20,000 nt of DNA from an uncultured virus (IMG/VR IMGVR_UViG_3300035190_000132). Taxonomy: Duplodnaviria > Heunggongvirae > Uroviricota > Caudoviricetes. This document shows, piece by piece, positions 7,712 through 15,734 of the stretch. A model generated the notes under the pieces. It saw only the letters and a program-made list of their open reading frames with translations. It did no database searches and was not told the DNA's origin. The stretch is taken from IMG/VR virus record IMGVR_UViG_3300035190_000132; one strand, 5' to 3'. Made by a program: the position numbers and the translations under genes. The first letter of the stretch is position 1; each line of letters opens with the position of its first letter.

Positions 7712-8637
7712 CCACTACAGGAACCACAGCCTTTAACATGGAGTTCACCGAGCTCGCTGAAGAGGCGTGGGAGAGAGCTGGCCGTGAGATGCGTACAGGT
7801 TATGACCTACGCACAGCGCGCCGTTCTCTTAACCTGATGACGATTGAGTGGGCTAATCGTGGCATCAATATGTGGACGATTGAGACAGGGACAATTACTC
7901 TGACTCCGGGACTGGCTACATACGCTTTGCCTTTAGATACGATTGACTTGCTAGATCATGTGATTAGAACGCAAGCCAACAACTCATCAACTCAGGCAGA
8001 TTTGAGTATTACGCGCATTAGCGTTTCTACTTATGCAACAATCCCTAACAAGTTGGTTCAAGGCAGGCCGATCCAAGTTTGGATTCAGCGTCTTTCTGGT
8101 GAAACTAATCCCACTGACATTGTACTTAGTGGCAACATCACATCGACCGACACATCAATCACGCTTAGTTCGGTGGTTGGACTAGCTGGGTCTGGATACA
8201 TTCGTTTAGGCACTGAAGATATTTACTACACTTATATCAGTGGTAATGTGCTGGGCGGTGTGTTCCGTGGTCAGAACAATACAACAGCTGCTGCACAAAC
8301 AGATGGAGCTGCGGTGTTTGTACCCCAGTTGCCCGCTGTAACGGTGTGGCCTACGCCTGATAACTCACAGCAATACCAGTTTGTGTACTACAGAATGCGC
8401 CGCATCCAAGACGCTGGCGCTGGTATACAAACATCCGATATGAATTTCCGCTTCCTACCATGCGTAGTGGCCGGACTAGCCTACTACATAGCCATGAAGG
8501 TGCCTGAGTTACAAGGCCGTCTGGATATGCTTAAGCGGGTCTATGACGAACAATATACTTTGGCGGCTCAAGAGGATCGCGAGAAGGCTACATTGAGGTT
8601 GGTGCCTCGTATAGCGTTCATTGGTGGTGGTACTTAA
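7708..8637 (+). CDS. Probable head-tail connector/adaptor protein
   Basis: Helical N-terminus (EEAWERAG...TARRSLNL...EWANRG), VWPTPD, and C-terminal VAGLAYYIA...A..EDRE typical of podovirus adaptor-like proteins. Confidence 0.55.
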   Translation: MTTTGTTAFNMEFTELAEEAWERAGREMRTGYDLRTARRSLNLMTIEWANRGINMWTIETGTITLTPGLATYALPLDTIDLLDHVIRTQANNSSTQADLSITRISVSTYATIPNKLVQGRPIQVWIQRLSGETNPTDIVLSGNITSTDTSITLSSVVGLAGSGYIRLGTEDIYYTYISGNVLGGVFRGQNNTTAAAQTDGAAVFVPQLPAVTVWPTPDNSQQYQFVYYRMRRIQDAGAGIQTSDMNFRFLPCVVAGLAYYIAMKVPELQGRLDMLKRVYDEQYTLAAQEDREKATLRLVPRIAFIGGGT

Positions 8638-9026
8638 TGGCAACACCGTTTGCATCCGGTAAATATGCTATTGCCGAATGTGATCGGTGTGGGCAGCGTT
8701 ATAAGTTAAAGCAGTTAAAGATGGAGGTCATCAAGACCAAGCTTTATCAGCTAAAGGTTTGTGAAGCTTGCTGGGATCCAGATCAGCCGCAGTTGCAGCT
8801 GGGTATGTATCCTGTTTATGATCCGCAGGCTTTGTATCAGCCACGGCCAGACACAACGTATGTGACGGCGGGTTTGAATGCAGCGGGAAATTTAACTGGT
8901 GGTTCACGGGACATCCAGTGGGGTTGGAATCCAGTCGGTGGAGCTAGTGGTTTTGATGAATATTTAACACCTAACTACTTGGTTGCAACGGCATTTGTTG
9001 GTACAGTAACGATAACAGTTTCATAG
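8637..9026 (+). CDS. Conserved phage protein with a CxxC...CxxC zinc-binding motif
   Basis: ECDRC and VCEACWD, followed by PQLQLG...DPQAL..PRPD. Confidence 0.7.
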   Translation: MATPFASGKYAIAECDRCGQRYKLKQLKMEVIKTKLYQLKVCEACWDPDQPQLQLGMYPVYDPQALYQPRPDTTYVTAGLNAAGNLTGGSRDIQWGWNPVGGASGFDEYLTPNYLVATAFVGTVTITVS

Positions 9027-9035
9027 GAGCTAAAC

Positions 9036-9224
9036 ATGGCATATACACGATCAGCAGACGGAGTCGCTAAAAAAGGTAAGACTGATGTTCACATCTTTCC
9101 TAACAGCGGCCCTTCTGTCAAAGAAACAAAGGGCGGAACAGGTAAGGGTAAGGGTAAAACCAACTCTGACATGAAAACCATGGGTCGTAATTTGGCAAAG
9201 ATTGCCGCACAAAAGCGAGGCTAA
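9036..9224 (+). CDS. Small basic phage protein
   Basis: AGGAG RBS. ADGVAKKGKT motif related to those in ORFs 6245 and 6980. Confidence 0.7.
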   Translation: MAYTRSADGVAKKGKTDVHIFPNSGPSVKETKGGTGKGKGKTNSDMKTMGRNLAKIAAQKRG

Positions 9225-9225
9225 C

Positions 9226-9489
9226 ATGGCTAAATACAGCAAGATGATGATGGGTAAAGAAGTTGGCGATGCCAAAGTCTACGCTCCTCCGCACACAATG
9301 AAGGGCGAGAAAGTCGCTCCTAAAGAAAATCCCGGCTCTGGTAAAAACTTAAGCCGTGCTGATACAGTAGAGATGACTGTTGGTAATATCAACAAATCAT
9401 CTGGTGGCACACCTAAGACGTCCGGCATTAAGATGCGCGGCACTGGCGCGGCCACTAAAGGTTTAATGTCTCGCGGCCCAATGGCTTAA
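9226..9489 (+). CDS. Small basic phage protein
   Basis: GAGG RBS favours ATG 9226. C-terminus KTSGIKMRGTGAATKGLMSRGPMA. Confidence 0.7.
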   Translation: MAKYSKMMMGKEVGDAKVYAPPHTMKGEKVAPKENPGSGKNLSRADTVEMTVGNINKSSGGTPKTSGIKMRGTGAATKGLMSRGPMA

Positions 9490-9492
9490 ATT

Positions 9493-10344
9493 ATGGCACT
9501 AACATACGCCCAACTTGTAGCTGCGGTAACTGATTACACGCAGAACACGTTTGACACGACTACGATCAATACAATGATCAAGCAGGCGGAGCAACGCATC
9601 TATAACACGGTGCAGATTGCCAACTTGCGTAAGAATGTCACGGGCGTTTTGGCAACCGGCAATAAGTACTTGGCTTGTCCAGAAGATTTTCTCTCGACAT
9701 ATAGCCTTGCTATCTACCCGTACAATGCAACAACAGCGACTGGTACATCTGCTGCCAAGACGATTGTTGTGGCCAGCGCTACAGGTATTGCTGTAGGCCA
9801 GCAGGTCACGGGTACAAATATTGGCACTAATGCTATTGTTCGTAGCATCAGCGGTACCACAATCACATTAACAGTGGCTAATAGCGGTACAGTGAATGGC
9901 GCGGTTGTGTTTCAAGGTGACTATCTGTACCTTTTGAATAAAGATGTGAACTTTATGCGCGAGGCATATCCACTAAGCGCACAGGTTTCAGAGCCCCGTC
10001 ACTATGCTATCTTTGGCCCCCAGTCTGCCAACGTCAATGAGCTGTCGTTCATTCTTGGCCCTACGCCTAATGCCAATTACTACGCAGAGCTGCATTACTA
10101 TTACTACCCAGAGTCTATTGTTACCGCGCTGACCACATGGCTGGGTGATAACTTTGACTCTGCACTGCTGTATGGAACTCTGTCTGAGGCCGGTACATAC
10201 ATGAAGAGCTCGCCCGAAGATGGGATGTATAAGCTGTATCAGGAACGTTATGTTCAAGCTATGGCGCTTCTCAAGAACTTGGGTGATGGTAAACAAAGGG
10301 CTGACGCATACCGCGATGGCCAAGTTAGGGTTGCAGTCTCATGA
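9493..10344 (+). CDS. Probable second head-tail connector / tail tubular-like protein
   Basis: TYAQL..AV.DY, QAEQRIYN, CPEDFL, LGPTPN, LLYGTL.EA..YMK: adaptor-like helical and beta pattern resembling the 7708 ORF. Confidence 0.55.
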   Translation: MALTYAQLVAAVTDYTQNTFDTTTINTMIKQAEQRIYNTVQIANLRKNVTGVLATGNKYLACPEDFLSTYSLAIYPYNATTATGTSAAKTIVVASATGIAVGQQVTGTNIGTNAIVRSISGTTITLTVANSGTVNGAVVFQGDYLYLLNKDVNFMREAYPLSAQVSEPRHYAIFGPQSANVNELSFILGPTPNANYYAELHYYYYPESIVTALTTWLGDNFDSALLYGTLSEAGTYMKSSPEDGMYKLYQERYVQAMALLKNLGDGKQRADAYRDGQVRVAVS

Positions 10345-10766
10345 GTATTGTTCAGACCCAGACCACAAGCTTCAAGGCAGAGCTGTACCAAGGTATTCAC
10401 GACCTTACTACAGACGTTATCAAGATTGCCCTGTATACAGCTTCTGCCGACTTGAATGAGAATACAACTGTGTATTCCGTGAGCACGCCCGGGCAGATTG
10501 CTAATACAGGCACTTACGTTGCTGGCGGTGCAACATTAACACCTATTACGGTATCGTCTTCTGGATACACGGCTTATGTGGGCTTCCCAAATGTATCGTG
10601 GACTGGGGCTATCACGGCTAGATGCGCTTTGATCTATAACTCAAGCAAAGGTAATAAGTCCGTTGCTGTGTTGGACTTTGGGTCTGATAAAACGTCAACG
10701 ACAACTTTCACTATCACAATGCCAGTAAATGGCCCAACCACTTCGTTAATTCGTAGTTCTAATTAA
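10341..10766 (+). CDS. Putative tail structural protein
   Basis: SFKAEL..G.HD, KIALYT, GTYVAGGATL, ALIYN, AVLDFGSDKT. Located in the tail region with an ATGA overlap. Confidence 0.6.
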   Translation: MSIVQTQTTSFKAELYQGIHDLTTDVIKIALYTASADLNENTTVYSVSTPGQIANTGTYVAGGATLTPITVSSSGYTAYVGFPNVSWTGAITARCALIYNSSKGNKSVAVLDFGSDKTSTTTFTITMPVNGPTTSLIRSSN

Positions 10767-10776
10767 GGAGCCTCAC

Positions 10777-11340
10777 ATGAGCTTGGACAAAATCACCGCT
10801 ACCGATCAAGTAGCAGCAATCACAAAATACAACACCATGCCTACTGATGAGATGGCTATTCATGGTACATACCATGCTATTTGCTACAGCATTGATGGCT
10901 TTGTTAAATGGGACGAACCCATCCAGAACTTGGTAACGACTGTTGGTAAGAACTTGACCTTAGATACTATCCTTGGTAACTCAGCCGCTGGCGCAGTTGT
11001 GATGGGTCTAAAGGGTGTGGGTTCGGCTAACGTAGCTGACACACAAGCTTCCCACGCAGGCTGGTTAGAAGTGGGTGGTACTAACGCCCCTGCTTACTCT
11101 GGTAATCGTCCTACACCTTCTTTTAGCGCGGCTTCTGCTTCGAGTAAAGCTACGTCTTCTGCTGTGTCATTTGCTATGACTAGCACGGGTACTGTGGCTG
11201 GTTGCTTTATTAACATTGGCGGTAGCGCAACTAAAGATTCAACCACTGGCACATTGTTCTCTGCGGGTGATTTCTCTAGTTCTAAGGCTGTTGTTAACGG
11301 TGACACGATTGCGGTAACGTACACATTAACATTGACTTGA
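10777..11340 (+). CDS. Putative tail structural protein
   Basis: TAAGGAG RBS. W.E...NLVTTVGKN, GTLFSAG, VVNGDTIAVTYT. Ser/Thr/Ala-rich beta sequence. Confidence 0.6.
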   Translation: MSLDKITATDQVAAITKYNTMPTDEMAIHGTYHAICYSIDGFVKWDEPIQNLVTTVGKNLTLDTILGNSAAGAVVMGLKGVGSANVADTQASHAGWLEVGGTNAPAYSGNRPTPSFSAASASSKATSSAVSFAMTSTGTVAGCFINIGGSATKDSTTGTLFSAGDFSSSKAVVNGDTIAVTYTLTLT

Positions 11341-11341
11341 T

Positions 11342-12178
11342 ATGGCGTTAGCTTGGGGTGACGGCGCATGGGGTGATAACGCATGGGGCGGGGGAGAGAC
11401 TTTCCCTGTCAGCGTTACTGAAACCGCCCTTATTGCCGACTCTCAAGCCGCTGGGTTATTGATTGATGTAAGTATTACGGAGTCGTTGACCGGCGGGACG
11501 GCTTGGGGTCAAGATGCTTGGGGTTCTGATTCGTGGGGTGGTACAGCGGGCATTCAGGATATTCAGACTGTAGCTCTGACTGTGAATGTAGCGGTGGATG
11601 AATCTGCCGCTATTACTGAAGCGCAGTCTGTTGTTGCTGGGTTTGTGGGTTCTGTTACTGAGACAATGGCTATTGCTGAGGATAATGCAGCAATTACAAG
11701 TTATAACGTCAGTGTGGCAGATAGCCAGACCATTACGGATGATGAGGCGGCGCAGACAAGCTATAACGAGAGTGTGTCAGATTCGTTAGGAATTGTGGAT
11801 GTAGAGACGGCAGTTGCTACATTCTTAGGTGATATATCAGAGTCGATTGCAATAGCAGAAGCGCAGGTGGCTGTGCTGATTGTGACCATCGTAGAGTCGA
11901 TGGCTATTGCAGAAGGAACGACTGTAGGAACGTATTACCAAGAGTTTTTAGATGAATCTGTTGCAATCACGGATATAAATACTGGTGGTGCAAACTACCA
12001 ATTGAGCCGGACGGAAACGATGGCAATAACGGAAATAAACGGTGGGCGATATTTTTGGGAAATTATTGATGACACAGAGGTCGCAAACTGGCAAAATATC
12101 AGCAATCCGCAAACACCGGGCTGGGCTGCTGTTGATACAACGGAATCTCCCGGTTGGACAGTAATTTCTACTCAGTAG
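11342..12178 (+). CDS. Highly acidic repeat protein (WG pentapeptides, 20-aa repeats, Trp 11-mers), putative tail component
   Basis: No Lys or His and only two Arg in 278 aa. Repeats are visible directly in the translation. Confidence 0.65.
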   Translation: MALAWGDGAWGDNAWGGGETFPVSVTETALIADSQAAGLLIDVSITESLTGGTAWGQDAWGSDSWGGTAGIQDIQTVALTVNVAVDESAAITEAQSVVAGFVGSVTETMAIAEDNAAITSYNVSVADSQTITDDEAAQTSYNESVSDSLGIVDVETAVATFLGDISESIAIAEAQVAVLIVTIVESMAIAEGTTVGTYYQEFLDESVAITDINTGGANYQLSRTETMAITEINGGRYFWEIIDDTEVANWQNISNPQTPGWAAVDTTESPGWTVISTQ

Positions 12179-12187
12179 GAGAATTAA

Positions 12188-13003
12188 ATGGCAAACACAT
12201 CGCTAATTGGACTAACCCTCCCAGTACAAGGAACTCTATCCGGTAGCTGGGGTAATACGGTTAACAACGCGATCTCCCAGATTGTGGACGTTGCGGTAGC
12301 TGGTACACAGACAATTACAACTGATGCAGACATTAATTTGGCTGTTACAACAGGTACTGATTCAAGTACAGGTCTAACAGCCAATAGCTCTCAGTATGCG
12401 GTTCTTCTGTGTACTGGCGCACGTACAGCACTGCGTTTTATTAATACTCCAAAGCAAAGTAAGACTTACGTTGTTATCAACGATACGACAGGTGGTTTTG
12501 CGGTAACAGTTCGTGGTGGCCCTACAACCCCTACAACGGGCGTAACGGTAGCGGCTGGTACACGGGCAATCATTGCTTGGAATGGCTCTGACTTTGTTAA
12601 TGTGGGCGGTGGCTCTGCTGGTGGCTCTAACACACAGGTTCAGTTCAACAGTTCTGGCTCGTTTGGTGGTTCTGCTAACCTGACTTTTGACGGCACAACG
12701 CTGACAGCCAATGATCTAATTGACTCTTCGCTAACAGCCAACAAGCCTGTATTTACAAATGGCACTAAGAACCTAGTGTCTACTGGAACGCTTGGTGTGG
12801 ATCAAGGCGGTACCGGCCTTACTACTTTGACTGCTAACAACGTTATTCTAGGTAACGGAACATCAACACCAACTTTTGTAGCACCTAGCACAGCAGGTAA
12901 TGTTTTGACTTCTAATGGCACAACGTGGGCATCCACTGCTCCGGCGGCTTCTGGTGCTACCAAGGGTCAGGCAATCGCTTTCTCAATCGTATTCGGTCTG
13001 TAA
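12188..13003 (+). CDS. Putative tail fibre / fibre-anchoring protein
   Basis: AGGAG RBS. G..SGSWG.TVN N-terminus and fibre-type motifs AGGSNTQVQFN, GGSANLTFDG, LGVDQGGTG, GNVLTSNGTTW. Confidence 0.65.
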   Translation: MANTSLIGLTLPVQGTLSGSWGNTVNNAISQIVDVAVAGTQTITTDADINLAVTTGTDSSTGLTANSSQYAVLLCTGARTALRFINTPKQSKTYVVINDTTGGFAVTVRGGPTTPTTGVTVAAGTRAIIAWNGSDFVNVGGGSAGGSNTQVQFNSSGSFGGSANLTFDGTTLTANDLIDSSLTANKPVFTNGTKNLVSTGTLGVDQGGTGLTTLTANNVILGNGTSTPTFVAPSTAGNVLTSNGTTWASTAPAASGATKGQAIAFSIVFGL

Positions 13004-13012
13004 GGAACTATC

Positions 13013-13390
13013 ATGGCAAATCCAAATATTGTTAACGTCACGACCCTAACGGGCAATACAACGTATCTAACACCCGGTAACACAACGGCTAACACTCTGC
13101 TATCTAACGCCGCATCTTCTGGTCTGGTCTACAAGATCAACCAGATCGTGTGTGCCAATGTAAACGGCTCAAGTGCTGTAAACGCAACGGTGGCTATTAA
13201 CTCAGCCGCCGCTGGCGCAGGTACAAACTACCCAATCATCTCTACTATCTCAGTGCCAGCTAGTGCATCTGTGATCGCAGTAGATAAGACCACGGCGGTG
13301 TACCTGATGGAGAACTCATCCATTGTGGTGACATCTGGTACATCTAGCGGTATCACTTACACGATCAGCTACGAGTCTATTGCTTCTTAA
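13013..13390 (+). CDS. Small tail-fibre-associated structural protein
   Basis: TAAGGA RBS. MANPNIVNV, KINQIV.ANV.G, ISVPA.AS, YLME, SYE.I. Sits between the fibre and propeller genes. Confidence 0.6.
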   Translation: MANPNIVNVTTLTGNTTYLTPGNTTANTLLSNAASSGLVYKINQIVCANVNGSSAVNATVAINSAAAGAGTNYPIISTISVPASASVIAVDKTTAVYLMENSSIVVTSGTSSGITYTISYESIAS

Positions 13391-13402
13391 GCGAGGAACA
13401 GT

Positions 13403-14551
13403 ATGTCTATAAGACAAATGTTTCCGGGGAGTATTGTTAAGCCGGGGTTTAATCCTCTAGCGGCTCAAACGCCTTCGTACACATACTATTTGTATACTTG
13501 GGGACGTAATAATGATGGTCAATTGGGTCTTGGAAACACTACAAGTTATTCATCACCCAAGCAAGTTGGTTCACTGACTACGTGGTTAAACATTGCCAAT
13601 GGTTATGCTTTTACATTAGCCACTAAGACTGATGGAACCTTATGGTCTTGGGGTACTGGAGCGCAAGGCCAATTGGGTTTAGGTAATACAACCAGTTATT
13701 CTTCTCCAAAACAAATTGGGGCTTTAACAAATTGGGCGAGCGTGGGGTGCGCTTCGCAAGCATCTTTTGCTGTTAAAACAGATGGCACTATATGGTCTTG
13801 GGGGGCAGGTGGTAGCGGTAAACTTGGACTTGGAAACACTACATCTTATTCTTCCCCAAAACAAATTGGCTCTCTTACAAACTGGTCAAAAGTAATTGGT
13901 GGAACACAATCGGGTTTTGCAATTAAGACTGACGGAACTTTATGGGCGTGGGGAGTTAATACCAATGGACTTTTGGGTTTAGGAGACACTGTAAGTAGAT
14001 CATCTCCTGTGCAAGTTGGGGTTTTAACTAACTGGTTAAATCTTTCCGCTGGTTATTACAACACACTTGCCAGTAAAACTGACGGCACTCTGTGGTCTTG
14101 GGGTAGAGGTAGCTTTGGTTGTTTAGGTCTTGGAAACACAACCAACTACTCGTCACCAAAACAAATTGGTGCATTGACTTCATGGCTAAATGTTGCATCT
14201 GCTTATTTTGCTGGTTTTGCAATTAAAACAAATGGAACTGCTTGGGCTTGGGGGCAAAATAACGTTGGTCAATTGGGGCAGGGAAATACAACAAATTATT
14301 CTTCACCTATGCAAATAGGTGCTTTAACAAATTGGTCAACAATTTCATCTACACCTTCACTTGGAGGCTCATCAACAGCAGTTCTTGCAATCAAAACAGA
14401 TGATACTTTGTGGGCATGGGGATCTAATGCACAAGGGCAATTAGGATCAGGAAATTTAATTGACAGATCATCTCCAGTGCAAGTAGGAGCCTTAAGCACT
14501 TGGGAGAGTGTTAAGTGTTTTGGGCAATTTGTAACAGCACTCGGATACTAA
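13403..14551 (+). CDS. RCC1-like 7-blade beta-propeller protein, type A
   Basis: Seven ~50-aa repeats of KTDGTLWxWGxNxxGQLGLGNTTxYSSPKQ. N-terminal KPGFNPL leader. Confidence 0.9.
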   Translation: MSIRQMFPGSIVKPGFNPLAAQTPSYTYYLYTWGRNNDGQLGLGNTTSYSSPKQVGSLTTWLNIANGYAFTLATKTDGTLWSWGTGAQGQLGLGNTTSYSSPKQIGALTNWASVGCASQASFAVKTDGTIWSWGAGGSGKLGLGNTTSYSSPKQIGSLTNWSKVIGGTQSGFAIKTDGTLWAWGVNTNGLLGLGDTVSRSSPVQVGVLTNWLNLSAGYYNTLASKTDGTLWSWGRGSFGCLGLGNTTNYSSPKQIGALTSWLNVASAYFAGFAIKTNGTAWAWGQNNVGQLGQGNTTNYSSPMQIGALTNWSTISSTPSLGGSSTAVLAIKTDDTLWAWGSNAQGQLGSGNLIDRSSPVQVGALSTWESVKCFGQFVTALGY

Positions 14552-14552
14552 T

Positions 14553-15734
14553 ATGCCAATAACATACCCCGGCGTTCAATACTCAGGCATCTGGACAATG
14601 CAACAGGTGAATGCCGCTATTGCGGCTGGGACTTGGCCTTCACCGCCTGTGACGGGGCCTCGTTTGTTTTCATGGGGTGATAACAACCAAGGGGCGCTTG
14701 GGCTTGGTAATATAACTAACTACTCCTCCCCTAAGCAAGTTGGTTCATTAACAGATTGGCTACAAATATGTGCTGGTGGTTATAACAATACATCTGCCGC
14801 CATTAAAACTGATGGTACTTTATGGACTTGGGGTTACAACGGAAATGGGCAACTTGGTCTTGGTAACACTACTAATTACTCAAGTCCAAAACAAGTTGGG
14901 GCTTTAACTGGTTGGACTCAAGTTTCTAGTGGTAGATTTAACATGACTGCCGCAATAAAAAGTAATGGAACGTTGTGGTTAATGGGCGCTGGCTCTTATG
15001 GACAATTAGGCTTAGGAAATACAACTAGCTATTCCTCTCCAAAGCAACTTGGTGCGCTGACAAATTGGGCTTCTGTCTCTTGTGCTAATGCCGGGGTAAG
15101 AGCAATAAAAACTGATGGTACGCTTTGGGCATGGGGTTATAACGTACTTGGCGCACTTGGAGATGGAACATTAACAAATCGTTCTTCCCCAGTTCAAATT
15201 GGTGCATTAACAACTTGGGCAAAAGTTGGTGCTGTTGGTAATTTTACACTTGCCATTACAACAAGTGGAGCTTTGTACGCTTGGGGTGGAAATAGTACAG
15301 GCTCTTTGGGTTTAGGCAACACTACGTATTACTCTTCCCCTAAACAAGTTGGTTCATTAACTAATTGGGCTTATGTTGCTCCGGGAATGTCCTCCTCAAT
15401 TGCTTTAAAAACTGATGGTACGCTATGGGCTTGGGGATTAAATAGCAGTGGTCAACTTGGTTTTGGTAATCAGACAAACTACTCTTCTCCAAAACAAGTT
15501 GGCTCTTTAACTACTTGGTTAAAAATTGCTGGAACCTATACAAGTACTTATGCCATCACAACATCTGGAGCATTATATGCTTGGGGTTCTAATAATGTTG
15601 GTCAATTAGGTCTTGGAAACATAACAGCATATTCATCGCCTAAACAAGTTGGCTCACTTACAACATGGACTACATTAAGTACATTTGGTGGTAATGCAAA
15701 CAACATTTTGGCAATAGGTGTAAACACAGTATGA
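14553..15734 (+). CDS. RCC1-like 7-blade beta-propeller protein, type B
   Basis: Seven RCC1-like repeats. N-terminal GVQYSGIW...AAGTWP leader. Confidence 0.9.
   Translation: MPITYPGVQYSGIWTMQQVNAAIAAGTWPSPPVTGPRLFSWGDNNQGALGLGNITNYSSPKQVGSLTDWLQICAGGYNNTSAAIKTDGTLWTWGYNGNGQLGLGNTTNYSSPKQVGALTGWTQVSSGRFNMTAAIKSNGTLWLMGAGSYGQLGLGNTTSYSSPKQLGALTNWASVSCANAGVRAIKTDGTLWAWGYNVLGALGDGTLTNRSSPVQIGALTTWAKVGAVGNFTLAITTSGALYAWGGNSTGSLGLGNTTYYSSPKQVGSLTNWAYVAPGMSSSIALKTDGTLWAWGLNSSGQLGFGNQTNYSSPKQVGSLTTWLKIAGTYTSTYAITTSGALYAWGSNNVGQLGLGNITAYSSPKQVGSLTTWTTLSTFGGNANNILAIGVNTV

Noticed and set aside
6890..9085. Walker A P-loop in the GKT-containing small proteins
   Set aside because: GIATKGKT, GIAQRGKT and GVAKKGKT fit GxxxxGKT formally, but they lie at the ends of short low-complexity proteins with no preceding beta strand, Walker B or room for an NTPase fold.
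289..14499. Minus-strand ORFs in the track (e.g. 6230-6751, 3279-3659, 6478-6867, 9988-10323)
   Set aside because: All lie antisense to well-supported + strand genes, with no recognisable motifs or RBS. They are shadow ORFs.
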